Assembly (NCBI GenBank): GCA_963774265.1
Contig: CAVZDU010000002.1
Location: forward strand, 224,001 to 288,000
Direction: 5' to 3'
From: an uncultured Chloroflexia bacterium
Lineage (GTDB): Bacteria; Chloroflexota; Anaerolineae; CG2-30-64-16
DNA length: 64,000 nucleotides
Positions 10,728 to 22,117 of this stretch are shown piece after piece. The notes beneath the pieces were generated by a model. It saw only the letters and a list, made by a program, of their open reading frames with translations. It was not told where the DNA came from and did no database searches. The number at the start of each line of letters is the position of its first letter. Positions within the stretch are counted from its first letter, which is position 1. The translations under genes were made by a program, and so were the position numbers.

Positions 10728-10796
10728 CCACAAAGACACAATGGAGCGAAGGCGCACGAGGACCTGTTCGCATTTCGTTTCTTAGTGTCTTTGTGG
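10728..10796. repeat. REP-like intergenic inverted repeat
   Basis: CCACAAAGACAC (10728-10739) and GTGTCTTTGTGG (10785-10796) are perfect reverse complements. Confidence 0.7.
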
Positions 10797-10831
10797 TGAA
10801 TCGACCTTACCAACAGAAACAAGGGGCGTCC

Positions 10832-12138
10832 ATGACCAACGGTGTTCAGATTCCCACCGTCCTCCTGCCAAAGCCCGGCGTGGATCTCCACAAATGGGCC
10901 GTGATTGCGTGCGATCAATTCACATCAGAGCCCGAGTACTGGGCTGATGTGGCCACCATCGTCGGCGGAGATCCATCCACCTACCACATCATCCTTCCAG
11001 AGGTCTACCTCGACTCTCCCGAAGAGAGCGCGCGTGTTCGTTCCATCCGTGACACCATGCGCGATTATCTGGAACGCGGCCTGTTTGAGGAATTCTTTGG
11101 GATCGTCCTGGTCGAGCGTACGGCCGGTGGAAAGACGAGGCGCGGCCTCATGCTGGCGTTGGATCTTGAGCATTACGATTACTCAAAGGGTTCCACGAGC
11201 CTGATCCGCGCGACCGAAGGCACGATCCTCGAACGCATCCCACCGCGCGTGCGCATCCGCTCCGGAGCGCCGCTCGAGCTGCCCCACATCCTCGTTCTCA
11301 TCGACGACCCCGATGGAACCATCATCGAACCGCTTGTTGCTCGGCGCAAGAGTCTGCGCCAGCTTTACGATTTTGACCTGATGCTGGGCAGTGGCCACCT
11401 CACCGGCTATGCGGTTGATGAGGCGCAGATGCAGACATCCACCATGGCTGCACTGGGGCGACTTGGCGATCCTGACGTTTTCTCGAAAAGGTACGACGTT
11501 GCCCCCCGAGACACCTCCGCTGGTTTTCGCGATGGGTGACGGCAATCACTCGCTTGCCACGGCCAAGGCCATCTGGGAAGATGTCAAGGGGAAAGTCGGG
11601 ATGGACCATCCGGCCCGCTTCGCGCTGGTCGAGATCGAGAACATCCACGATGCAGGCCTGGAGTTCGAGCCGATCCACCGTGTGCTCTTCGACGTTCAAG
11701 CGCGACCTGGTAGCGGACCTGCGCGATTACTACACCGACCGTTGTCACCTGGTGCCGTGCGCTACCAGCCAGACCATGATCGACTTGGTGAACCACGAAG
11801 AGCGGCCCGAGCACACCTTCGGGGTCGTGTCGCCCTCCGGCTGCCACGTGGCCTACGTCGCCGATCCACCGAGCAACCTGCCTGTGGGAACGCTGCAGTC
11901 CTTCCTGGATGCGTGGGGCAAGGCAGGGGGATTCGGCAAAATCGACTACGTCCACGGCACCGACGTGGCTGTGCGCCTGGGCTCTCAGCCGGGGAACCTG
12001 GGCTTCTATCTTCCGGCCATCGACAAGTCCAGTTTCTTCAAGACGGTCATTCTCGATGGTGCATTGCCGCGCAAGACGTTCTCCATGGGCGAAGCGAAAG
12101 ACAAACGCTTCTACATGGAGGCGCGGCGCATTGACTGA
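10832..12138 (+). CDS. DUF1015 family protein; two apparent frameshifts (~11505, ~11697)
   Basis: WAVIACDQFTS, IRATEGTILERIPPR, AMGDGNHSLATAK, FEPIHRV and LPRKTFSMGEA are spread over three consecutive frames. Confidence 0.85.
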
Positions 12139-12250
12139 GCGGCGCAGCTCTCCGTAACGGTCTCGCCCGGTCAGCAGGAGGCGCCTTTGGCGTCAACACC
12201 GTTTATCGTATCGTCCATCCACCACACTTCAGCCATCAGGGAGGAAGGCT

Positions 12251-15200
12251 ATGTCTCACACTCGCAACAGGTTCCTGGCACTCGCTTTGATCCTCGTGCT
12301 GCTCACGAGCTGGCTCGCCGTACCGGCAGCCGCAGAACCTCAGGCCCCGGTCAGTTTCACGATCCTACACACCAACGACTTTCACGGCCAAATCGAATCC
12401 TCCGCCGCCCGGGTGGCACAGAAAGTCATTGACGTTCGCACGGCGGTGGGAGCGGAGAACGTCCTGCTCATGGATGCCGGCGATATTATGCAGGGCAGCC
12501 TGATTTCGAACCTACAGAAGGGTCTGCCGACCATCGACTACTACCGGACCATCGGCTATAATGCCGCGACGTTCGGGAACCATGAGTTCGACTGGGGCAA
12601 GACCGTTCTGGATGAGCGGATCGCACAAGCCGAAGCGCCCGCCACAGCCGACGAGTCACCCATGCAGATGGTGGCAGCCAATATCACCAAAAAGGATGGG
12701 AGCGGCAACTGCACATGGGAGCCTTTCAACGCTTCAGTCACTCCCTACCAGGTCTTCACGGTGGCTGGAGTGCGCGTGGGCGTGATCGGCGTGGGCTCCC
12801 TAGAGACACCCACCATCACGATCGCCGGGGCGACCGAAGGTCTGTGCTTCCGTGATCCGAAGGAGTCCATCCTCCACTACTATGACGAGCTAGATGCCGC
12901 CTCCGACGTGATCGTGGTCCTCAGCCACATCGGCTACACTGACGGCGGCTACGGCTACGGCATATCCGTCACCGGCGACCAAACACTGGCGAAGGATCTC
13001 AACACTGCGGGCAAGCCGGTCAACCTGATCATCGGCGGCCACACGCACACCGACCTAGCAGCAGCCACCGTGGTCGGCACGACTTCGATCGTGCAGGCCT
13101 ACACAGGCGGCGCGCAGGTTGGCCGTGCGAACGTGACCTATGATCCGGCCACAAGCAGCGTGACCATCGCCTGGGAGAAGATCCTTACGGCAGGTGGCGC
13201 CGAAAACCCGGCCATCAAGGCGTTGGTCGACAGCTACGTCAATGACCCGACCTACCAGGCAATGATCAACCAGGCTGTCGGATACACACAGGTAGATCTG
13301 CCTCGCTTCCGCACCGAGCGTTATGCAGGCGAGGATAACATGATGGGCGACTTCGTCGACGACGCGATCTCCGGCTGGCTGAACAGCGACGCCACGACCG
13401 AGAATGACATAGACATGTGGTTCAACAACGCAGGTGGGATCCGCGTCGACTGGTGTGACAAGGAGGATCCCGCGAACCCCGGGACCTACATCTGGTCGAA
13501 TACCCTCGCAGACTGCTCGCAATCCGGTATCTGGTCTCACGATCCAATGCTGCTGAAGTATGGACAGATGTTCCAGATCCTGCCGTTCGGCAACGTGATT
13601 ATCGTTGGGCGGATGACCGGCGCGCAGATTGCCGACTTGCTGAACCAGGCCGCCACTCTGTACAAGGGCGCGCTTCAGCCGTCCGGCATCCGCTACAAGT
13701 TCTATCGCTACTCGGACGCTCTGCCCGGGCCACAGCCATACGCCTGGGGCGCCTACGACATCGAGGTTTACGACAAGGCCACGTCTACCTGGGCCGCGCT
13801 GGACGTAACCAAGACCTACAAGGTGGGCACCAACGAGTACCTCGCACCCGCAGGCCAGGACGGGTTCGTTCCCTTCAAGTATATGACGAATATCAGCTAC
13901 TGGGGTGATATGCTGAACGCGGTCAACGAGTACGTGGCGCAGAAATACGGCACGCCAGCCACCGCCTACAAGGGGCCCAACGGCGACGGCACACTCGACA
14001 ATCGGCTTGCGCGCGACGGCGATGGCGACAACGTCTACGAAGCCGGCGAGATCGTCCCAGTGACGCTCCTGCACCACAACGATTCGCATGGCAACCTGGT
14101 CAAGGGCACCTATGTCGGCTACACGCAGCTCGCAACGCTGATCAAGCAGGAACGCGTCCATAACCCGGACCGCACGCTGCTGTTCTCCCTGGGCGACAAC
14201 ATCCAGGGCGACTCGATGATGTACTACTTCAAAAATGCTGCGCAGGGCACTGCGGCCGACGGCACCCCACTGCCGCCCACGCTCTGGCAGAACCCGTTCA
14301 TTGCCGTCATGAACGCCATGTCTTATAACGGCATGGTGCTGGGCAACCACGAGTTCAACTTTGGTGCACCGGTGTTCGACAGCACCTTTAGCCAGGCAGC
14401 CTTCCCCATCCTGGGCGCCAACGTCACCGACTCCGGCGCCTATGGGATCAATAAGGTCGGGCTCGATGCCACGGCCATGGCGCAGGGTGTCAAGGTCAAT
14501 GTACGCGACGGGCTCGAGTACACCCTGCCTTCCGGCAATCCGGCCAATCCAGAGGTGAAGATCGGCTTCCTCGGCTTGACCAACCACCGTGTGCCCAACT
14601 ACGAACTGCCGAGCAACATTCCCGGCCTGACCTTCAGCAACCCGATCGCTACGGCAAAGGCGCTGGCGCCTGTGCTGCGCGAACGGAATGACGCGGTCGT
14701 GGCGTTGACCCACATCGGGTTCACCGAAAACGCGAAGAGCGCGGAAATCGACGACAACGTGGACACCAACCTGGCGGCGGTGGTGCCAGGCATCGACGCT
14801 ATTCTGGGCAGCCACAGCCACACCGACCCATCTAAGCAGACAGACTACTCGGGCGCTTACAAGTACTTGCCGGCCGTGGTAGCCGGACCGGAGAACACGC
14901 CCGTGCTCGTCAACCAGGCGTACCGCTACAACAACACGCTGGGCGAAGTGGTGATCGGTCTGCGGGCCAAGACCGGCGGCGGCTATGAGGTCGCGAGCCG
15001 CGCAGGACGCTACATCTCGGTGGGCAGCAGCGTGGCCGAGGATGCGGCAATCAAGGCCATCGTCGATCCGTATGTGGCCGCCTTGGCTGCGTACAACAAC
15101 ACCGAGATCGGCCAGACCACCGTCCCGATCGACACGCTGAAAGCCTTCACCGAGGAGACCAACGGCGCCAACCTGCAGGCGGATGCCTCCGTGTACGTAC

Positions 15201-15833
15201 TCGAGAAGAGCGGCGTTCAGGTGGACTTCCACCTGTCCGGCGCAATGACCAACAAGAAGATCGCGGACAGCGCCACGCCGGCAAGCCCGTACACTCTCAA
15301 GATTCTCCGATATGTTCTCGGCCATGCCGTACGAAAACTCGCTGCTGGTGCTGAAGATGAACGGCCCGCAGCTCAAGACAGTGCTGGAACGCGCGTACCG
15401 TAACTACTGGTACTACAAGTACAAGGCGACCGCGGACCCGAAGTACGGCGGCTACTCCTACTACACCACCTGCATGATTGACACAGACAAGAACAACGTC
15501 ATCAAGTACCTGGACCTATACCCGCAGTTGCCAAACGGTCACAACGTCGTCTCCCTGACGATCAGCGGCACGCCGGTGGACTTCACAGACGCGACCAAGT
15601 TCTACAACGTCTCGACGGTGAACTACCTGGCCGCCGGATCATGCAACTTCAACGACGCAGGCAAGAGCCTGTGGCCACTCGACCAAATCGTGGCTGACAC
15701 GCAGCTCTACGTGCGTGATGCTGTGATTGACTATGTCAAAGCACAGACCGGCCCGATTGCCCCCGCAATCGAAGGGCGTCTGCAATTCGTGACGTTGGGC
15801 AACCAGGTCTTCCTACCGCTGGTTTGGAAGTAG
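12251..15833 (+). CDS. Secreted multifunctional 5'-nucleotidase / 2',3'-cyclic phosphodiesterase with two tandem metallophosphoesterase + C-terminal modules; frameshift ~15305
   Basis: Signal peptide. Module 1: ILHTNDFHG, DAGD, GNHEFD, GGHTH. Module 2: LHHNDSHG, GNHEFN, GSHSH. Continues in frame 15312-15833 (MPYENSL, STVNYLA) and ends VFLPLVWK. Confidence 0.88.
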
Positions 15834-15857
15834 ACTCGACACCTGATGGCTTACAGC

Positions 15858-15888
15858 CGCAGCACCGGTGCAAGTCACCGGTGCTGCG
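15858..15888 (+). terminator. GC-rich hairpin after the nucleotidase gene
   Basis: CGCAGCACCGGTG-caagt-CACCGGTGCTGCG, a perfect 13-bp stem. Confidence 0.6.
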
Positions 15889-15932
15889 CGGAGGCACCAG
15901 GCTAACACCACAGCGCAGAATTGAGTAGAATT

Positions 15933-16952
15933 ATGTCGATCGCAGCCCATCTCCCTTCTTATCCACTCGCCTTCCTGCCCACCCCCTTGCATCCACTGCC
16001 TCAGCTCAATGCATGGCTCCGGGAACAGGGTGTTGCCGCAGAACTCTGGATCAAACGCGATGACCAGACCGGGCTCGCGTTTGGCGGAAACAAAACGCGC
16101 AAGCTGGAGTTTCTTCTGGGCGACGCATTCGCGCGGGGATGCGACACGCTAATCACCACCGGTGCGACACAGTCGAACCACTGCCGGCAAACCGCGGCCG
16201 CGGCTGCGCAGGCAGGGTTGGACTGCCACTTGGTGCTCGGCGGACAGCCGCCTGATTCACCGAACGGGAACCTTTTGCTCGATACGCTATTGGGTGCAAC
16301 GCTGCATTGGACCACGCGCGAGAACCGGATCAATCGATTGCGCGAGGTTGAAGCGGAATTACTTGCGGCAGGGCGACGCCCCTACTTCATCACCTACGGC
16401 GGCTCGGATCCCATAGGCGCGTCGGGCTATGCGCTTGCGCTGGAAGAAGTCCTGCAGCAGGCACGTGATCTCACGGTTGATTTCGATGTGATTGTCGTGG
16501 CTTCCAGCTCGGGCGGCACGCAAGCAGGCCTGGTGGCGGGCGCATCTGCGCTTGGCTCTCAGGTCTCCGTGCTGGGTGTTAGCATTGACGAGCCGCAGGA
16601 ACATCTGCAGCAACACGTCGCGGCCCTGGCGACCGACACCGCCATGCATATGGGGCATCCCCATTCTTTTGCCCCTGCCGACATCTTTGTAGATGCCGCA
16701 TACCTGGGCGGCGGATATGGCGTCATGGGCGACTTGGAGCGCGAGGCAATCCGGCTTATGGCACAAACTGAGGGCATCCTGTTGGACCCGGTCTACACCG
16801 GCCGTGCGTTCGGAGGGCTGCTCGACATCCTTCGACGCACTCCCCGCCGCCTACTGCCTAAGGATCGACAGGGTCGCATCCTCTTCTGGCACACGGGCGG
16901 GGCGCCTGCGCTTTTTGCGTATACTGAAGACCTCAAACAACCGACGCCTTAG
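15933..16952 (+). CDS. D-cysteine desulfhydrase / ACC deaminase family PLP enzyme
   Basis: KRDDQTGLAFGGNKTRKLEFL, QSNHCRQTAA, SSSGGTQAG, LDPVYTG and FWHTGG. Confidence 0.92.
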   Translation: MSIAAHLPSYPLAFLPTPLHPLPQLNAWLREQGVAAELWIKRDDQTGLAFGGNKTRKLEFLLGDAFARGCDTLITTGATQSNHCRQTAAAAAQAGLDCHLVLGGQPPDSPNGNLLLDTLLGATLHWTTRENRINRLREVEAELLAAGRRPYFITYGGSDPIGASGYALALEEVLQQARDLTVDFDVIVVASSSGGTQAGLVAGASALGSQVSVLGVSIDEPQEHLQQHVAALATDTAMHMGHPHSFAPADIFVDAAYLGGGYGVMGDLEREAIRLMAQTEGILLDPVYTGRAFGGLLDILRRTPRRLLPKDRQGRILFWHTGGAPALFAYTEDLKQPTP

Positions 16953-17131
16953 CATGATCTAAGCGGCCCCTCGGTGAACCGCGCCTCCTGATGAGTCCAG
17001 CCATCGATTGCCGCCTGGAGCAACACGATGGCGCAACCGCCTTCTTGTCGGGTTCCTTAAGGTGTTGTACTCGCGCGCGTTGTGCGCTATACTGGTGACG
17101 TGGGCTTTCATCCCACTGGCAGGGGCTTCTG

Positions 17132-18196
17132 ATGACCATTTTGACCGTTGTGCTTGGCATTTTTGGGCTTGTTGTGGCCGCGGTTTTCCTCTTTGCCGCG
17201 ACTTCTTGCGCGGAAACCATTGCCTGGTGGACCGAGCGGGGCCGCAACCGAGCCGCCCCAAGCGCGCCGATCGTCATTCCACCACCGAATCCAGATAAGC
17301 CCGTTGCTGATCAGTACATCATTTACTTGAGCGGGGTAGGCCGAAACAGCGGCGAACAGGTGCCCGACAAAGAAGCGCAGTTCCTAGACCTGGTGGAAAA
17401 GGGCGTGCCTGGATCGGTGATCGTGCGCGATGTCTTCCCTTATTCACCCAGCAGCACGCCCCTCACAGAACACCGACTGGTCAAAGGACTGTGGACCGGA
17501 ATTCCCAAGCTTGCCAGGCGCAACCGGCGCTTCATGATCCTGTATCACATCATCTATTTCCGAAACCTTCTGCAGGTGTGTGCGTCGCGAGATTCCTATT
17601 TCGGCCCCTATTACGCGTACGGGTCCGCCAAAGAGATGATCAAGGGCCTGCTCCGCTATGGGTATCGCCCCGAGCAGCCACGACCGGTTACCATTTTGTG
17701 CATCAGCGGCGGCGGCCAACTCTCACAGGCAGCCGCGCCATACATCAAGGAATGGCTCGGATACAAGGTGCGCGTGATCTCAGTGGGCAGCGTGTTCGCT
17801 GATGATCGAGGCACGGAGGATCTGGATGAGATCGTGCACCTCTCGGGCAGCGAGGACGTAACCCAGTACGTGGGGCGAGTGTTGGGGTACACCGGCTGGC
17901 CGGTCTTCCCGAACTCCGCGTGGAACCGCTTCGTGCGCGCCGGCCGCTTTAGATCGATCCCGATGGGTCCGATGAAGCATATGGGGCTGGGCGACTACTT
18001 CAGCCGATCGGTGAGGCTTCCGGACGGCACTCCACACGTACAGAAGACCGCCGAGGTAGTCATCGGTCTGCTTGCACCGCCTGCAGACCGTGTGGGTGGC
18101 ATGAGGCGCCTACCCATCTCGAGCGCAGCCCACGGGCCTCTGCGGGACTTCCCCGCGCCCGTCGGTCCCTCGATTTCCGCGAGTGGAAGGCCTTGA
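17132..18196 (+). CDS. Membrane-anchored hypothetical protein, alpha/beta-hydrolase-like
   Basis: N-terminal TM helix, YLSGVG segment, nucleophile-elbow-like CISGGGQ, and later Asp (GSEDV) and His (PMKH). Confidence 0.6.
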   Translation: MTILTVVLGIFGLVVAAVFLFAATSCAETIAWWTERGRNRAAPSAPIVIPPPNPDKPVADQYIIYLSGVGRNSGEQVPDKEAQFLDLVEKGVPGSVIVRDVFPYSPSSTPLTEHRLVKGLWTGIPKLARRNRRFMILYHIIYFRNLLQVCASRDSYFGPYYAYGSAKEMIKGLLRYGYRPEQPRPVTILCISGGGQLSQAAAPYIKEWLGYKVRVISVGSVFADDRGTEDLDEIVHLSGSEDVTQYVGRVLGYTGWPVFPNSAWNRFVRAGRFRSIPMGPMKHMGLGDYFSRSVRLPDGTPHVQKTAEVVIGLLAPPADRVGGMRRLPISSAAHGPLRDFPAPVGPSISASGRP

Positions 18197-18197
18197 T

Positions 18198-18764
18198 ATG
18201 GTCATACCCTCATTTCTTGATCGAGCACCGATCATCTTATTCCTCGCTGCGACCTCATATGCTGTCGCTCATGGTTCGCGCCTGTTGATGCGCCGCGAAG
18301 GTTGGCTTAAATGGACAGCGGGCGTCCTGTTCGGTCTTCTGGCATTCCTGGTCAGCCGCATCGCGCTGGCCGGTGCAGGTTGGTTGGTCTTCACAGTACT
18401 CTTTGGCAGTGCGCCGGACTTCCTCATCCTTCTCAGCATGGTCGGCCTGGCCAGCACGCCGCTGCTTCTCGCCTTTGTCAACGCGACGCCCTTCTTTGGC
18501 CCGGGTGTTCTGCGAGTGCTGTATGTGATAGCGCTCCTCCGCCTCACCACGCTCTCCAGCACCATCCTTGGCATGGATTGGCTGGGCAGCTTGGGCTGGT
18601 GGGTGACGGCGTGGCTGCTGGCATCTCTCGCCAGCCTGGGCCTCACATCGCTCTTCCGCGGCGCGCGGTGGCTGGCGTGGACAGGGATTCTAGGCGTGAG
18701 TCGCCCATCGCCGGCAGAGGTGATGGCCACGAAGCCCGGCATGAAAAACGCGGTTTGGGAATAG
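18198..18764 (+). CDS. Hypothetical integral membrane protein
   Basis: Several hydrophobic segments; starts 1 nt after the upstream stop. Confidence 0.65.
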   Translation: MVIPSFLDRAPIILFLAATSYAVAHGSRLLMRREGWLKWTAGVLFGLLAFLVSRIALAGAGWLVFTVLFGSAPDFLILLSMVGLASTPLLLAFVNATPFFGPGVLRVLYVIALLRLTTLSSTILGMDWLGSLGWWVTAWLLASLASLGLTSLFRGARWLAWTGILGVSRPSPAEVMATKPGMKNAVWE

Positions 18765-18815
18765 CGCAATCGGGCGATTGTTCTTGTTGCACCAAGAAAA
18801 GCAAGCGGAGGACGC

Positions 18816-19895
18816 ATGGCGGAAAAGGAGCTCGGTTACGTCGAATTGGAGTGGACCTGTCCGAGCTGCAACACGCGTAACCCTGGCAGCCTGCAGAAGT
18901 GCCAGCAATGTGGCTCGGCGATGCCGGCAGACGTCCAGTTCGAACAGGCAGCCGAAGAGCAGATAATCACCGAGAAGGAGGAGATCGCTGCCGCGCAGGC
19001 AGGCCCGGACATCTACTGCGCTTACTGCGGTACGCGCAATGCCGCAACCGCCAAGATCTGCAAGCAATGTGCCGCACCCTTAGTAGAAGGCACAGCACGC
19101 GAAGTGGCGGGCGTCATCGGCGGCCTGCGGGATAAGCCCGCGCCGCCACAAAAATGCCCCGCCTGCGGGACGGAGAACAAAGCCACCGCGCTGAAGTGCG
19201 TCAACTGCGGCGCACCCTTGGGAACAGCCGTGCCAGCGGCGGCCACTTCGCTCTCTGTTCCGACGCCCGCCAGTCGCCCGGGGGGCCTGGGCATCCTGCC
19301 ACTGATCTTACTCGGCGCGGTGATCCTGCTCGGGGTGTTCTTCGTGGTTGGCCGGCGCAGCAGCGACATGGTTGGCCAGGTGGCGGACTACGGCTGGCGA
19401 AGAACCATTGCCATCCAGGCGCTCGCTCCGGTCACGCGCGAGGGATGGTTGGAGCAATTGCCCGCTGGCGTAGATGTGGTGGAGTGCCAGAAACGGGTCT
19501 ATCAGGTGGTGGACCAACCTGTCGCGGGCGCACGCGAAATCTGCGGCACGCCTTATGTGGTCGACACGGGCACCGGTTACGGGAAGGTCAAACAGGACTG
19601 CCAGTACCAGGTGCTCGCTGATTACTGCCAGTATCGCACTTTGGCATGGGTAGTTGCGCCTCCCCTGATCCTGGAGGGTCGCGACTTCAACCCGCGCTGG
19701 CCGGCTGCGAATTTGGCTGAGAGTCAGCGCGCCGGCGGCCAGTCGGAAGAGTACTTCATTGTCTTTCGCGCTAACGACCGCGAGTACACCTACACGACGC
19801 GAAACGTCAACGAGTACATCCAGTTGGCGCAGGGCGGCGCGTGGCGCCTGACAATCAATGGATTTGGCCAGATCACCGACATCAGCGCAGGATAA
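18816..19895 (+). CDS. Zinc-ribbon domain membrane protein
   Basis: Six CxxC motifs (three ribbons), one TM helix and an extracytoplasmic C-terminal domain; GGAGG RBS. Confidence 0.8.
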   Translation: MAEKELGYVELEWTCPSCNTRNPGSLQKCQQCGSAMPADVQFEQAAEEQIITEKEEIAAAQAGPDIYCAYCGTRNAATAKICKQCAAPLVEGTAREVAGVIGGLRDKPAPPQKCPACGTENKATALKCVNCGAPLGTAVPAAATSLSVPTPASRPGGLGILPLILLGAVILLGVFFVVGRRSSDMVGQVADYGWRRTIAIQALAPVTREGWLEQLPAGVDVVECQKRVYQVVDQPVAGAREICGTPYVVDTGTGYGKVKQDCQYQVLADYCQYRTLAWVVAPPLILEGRDFNPRWPAANLAESQRAGGQSEEYFIVFRANDREYTYTTRNVNEYIQLAQGGAWRLTINGFGQITDISAG

Positions 19896-19941
19896 GCACG
19901 TGGTTTCAACGCTTATCAAGTCACACATTGGAGGCGACACC

Positions 19942-20355
19942 ATGCCGCAAGGCATCATTCCGTGGATTGCACTCATCGTACTCGCTCTAGTGCTGGCGGG
20001 ATGCCAGGGGGCGAGCCCGGCTGCAGGAGTTGACATTGCGAAACTGCCAAACACGATCGACGTGGCGACGACCAAGGCGCTGCAGGGCCGGTCCGATGTA
20101 GTTCTGGTCGATGTGCGCGAGCAGACTGAGTATGATGCGGGGCACATTCCTGGCGTCAAGCTCATACCGCTTGGCCAGGTTCCGGCTCGCATGGCCGAGA
20201 TTCCCAAAGACAAAACGGTGATCCTGACCTGCCGGTCGGGCAACCGGAGCGGTCAGGCAGCGGATTTCTTGAGACAACAGGGTTATACCAACGTGCACAA
20301 CATGGAGGGAGGCATCACTGCATGGCAGCAGGCCGGCCTTCCCATTGAGAAGTAG
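19942..20355 (+). CDS. Rhodanese-domain lipoprotein
   Basis: Lipobox LAGC; VDVREQTEYDAGHIPG, CRSGNRS and NMEGGITAW. Confidence 0.9.
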   Translation: MPQGIIPWIALIVLALVLAGCQGASPAAGVDIAKLPNTIDVATTKALQGRSDVVLVDVREQTEYDAGHIPGVKLIPLGQVPARMAEIPKDKTVILTCRSGNRSGQAADFLRQQGYTNVHNMEGGITAWQQAGLPIEK

Positions 20356-20382
20356 TGTTTATCCGTTCATCATCAGAGGAGA

Positions 20383-21162
20383 ATGCGTATGAACCGTGAC
20401 GCTATCAGGCAGATCGCTGTCTGGGTCGGCGTGATTGCGACGATCGTCGTAAATGGACTTGCGAATGCACTGCCCATCAACAACCAGATGACTGGAGACA
20501 TCGCCAACCAGTACAAGGGGCAGAATCTTTGGCTGCCCGCCGGCTATGTCTTCAGCATCTGGGGTTTGATTTACGTCGGCCTGATCGCCTACGCGATCTA
20601 CCAGTCACTCCCTCGCCAGCGCGAGAACCCTCGTCTGCGGCGCATCGGGTGGCCATTCGTGATCTCCTGTGCCGCAAATATCATCTGGCTGCTCTTCTTC
20701 CACTATAATCAGTTCCCGCTCTCCATGGTCGCAATGCTAGTGCTGTTAGCAGCTCTGATTGCGATCTACTCGCTGCTCGGCCGCAATGAGAACGTTTCCA
20801 CGGGCGAGCGCTGGGCTGTCCGCCTGCCGTTCAGCATCTACCTGGGCTGGATCACCGTCGCGACGGTGGCAAACGCTGCGCATGTGTTCGTGAATGCCGG
20901 ATGGAAGGGCGAGCCTTTCGGTGCGTTGGCGTGGTTGATCATCATGTACCTGGTCGCCCTCGCGCTGGCGGCACTGGTCGCCTTAACGCGACGCGATGTG
21001 GCCTACCTGCTCGTGTTGGTATGGGCGTTCATCGGAATCGCGGTAAACTACAGCAGCATGACCGGCGTGTTGATCAGCTCCATCATTGCCTCACTGCTAG
21101 TAGCTGTACTGGCAGTACTGATCGCGGCACGGTCGCTCTGGCAAGGTAAAACCTACAATTGA
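20383..21162 (+). CDS. TspO/MBR (tryptophan-rich sensory) family membrane protein
   Basis: PAGYVFSIWGLIY, PFSIYLGWITVATVAN and LVLVWAFIGI. Confidence 0.8.
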   Translation: MRMNRDAIRQIAVWVGVIATIVVNGLANALPINNQMTGDIANQYKGQNLWLPAGYVFSIWGLIYVGLIAYAIYQSLPRQRENPRLRRIGWPFVISCAANIIWLLFFHYNQFPLSMVAMLVLLAALIAIYSLLGRNENVSTGERWAVRLPFSIYLGWITVATVANAAHVFVNAGWKGEPFGALAWLIIMYLVALALAALVALTRRDVAYLLVLVWAFIGIAVNYSSMTGVLISSIIASLLVAVLAVLIAARSLWQGKTYN

Positions 21163-21165
21163 CGC

Positions 21166-22113
21166 ATGGTTGAAGTCGCCAATATCCTGCTGCCGATATT
21201 CGCAGTGATCGCACTTGGGGCGGTCTTGCGTTATTCGGGTTTTGCGTCAGTTCAGGTTTTTCAACAGACTAACCGGCTCGTCTACTGGATCGGCATCCCC
21301 GCGTATCTCTTCTACAAGACTGCCGATTCCAAGCTCCAGGGCGACGCGGCCGCGCGCGTGTTCGCCGTCCTGTTCGGCGCGATGGTCAGCGCCATCGCAC
21401 TGGGTTATCTCATCGCCGGGCTGTTACGGTTAGAAGCGACCTCCGCAAGCGCGTTCGTGCATGGGGCGTTTCGCAGCAACCTTGTTTATGTAGGGCTGCC
21501 GGTGGTGTTTCTCGCGCTTGCGGCCCGGGGATACGAGCAGTTACCCGAGCTTCAGGCGGTAGCGGTGATTTCGATCGCCCTGCTCGTGCCTATCTACAAC
21601 ACCGCCGCGGTGCTCGTTCTTGTTGGGGGCCATGAAGGGGGGCGAGAACAGCTGCCCAAAAGGCTACGGGAGCTTGTGACGCGCCTGTTGACGAACCCAC
21701 TGATCCTGTCCTGCGTAGCGGGGCTGGTCGTGCTAGGACTCGGATGGAAGCTCCCCCAGCCGATACGGCAAACCTGCGAAACCCTGGGGGCCATGACGAC
21801 GCCACTGGCATTGTTAGGCATCGGCGCGGCGCTATCGTTCACCACTTTACGCAGCTACTGGCTGAGAGCGACCTTATCGGCGGGAATCAAGGTAATCGCT
21901 GCGCCACTGATTGGACTTCTGTTGGCGCGGTGGTTGGCGTTGTCGTCGGCCGAACTGCGTATGGCACTCATATTCCTGGCCTGTCCTAGCGCCACTGTCA
22001 CCTACATCATGGCGCAACAGATGGGGGCAGATGACGGGCTCGCGGCCAACATCGTTTTGTTGTCGACACTTCTGGCATTGCCATCATTGGCCGTGGTGCT
22101 GACGTCGACATGA
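21166..22113 (+). CDS. AEC (auxin efflux carrier) family transporter
   Basis: About 10 TM helices; FRSNLVYVGLP, TNPLI, PLALLGIG and ACPSA. Confidence 0.88.
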   Translation: MVEVANILLPIFAVIALGAVLRYSGFASVQVFQQTNRLVYWIGIPAYLFYKTADSKLQGDAAARVFAVLFGAMVSAIALGYLIAGLLRLEATSASAFVHGAFRSNLVYVGLPVVFLALAARGYEQLPELQAVAVISIALLVPIYNTAAVLVLVGGHEGGREQLPKRLRELVTRLLTNPLILSCVAGLVVLGLGWKLPQPIRQTCETLGAMTTPLALLGIGAALSFTTLRSYWLRATLSAGIKVIAAPLIGLLLARWLALSSAELRMALIFLACPSATVTYIMAQQMGADDGLAANIVLLSTLLALPSLAVVLTST

Positions 22114-22117
22114 CGCT

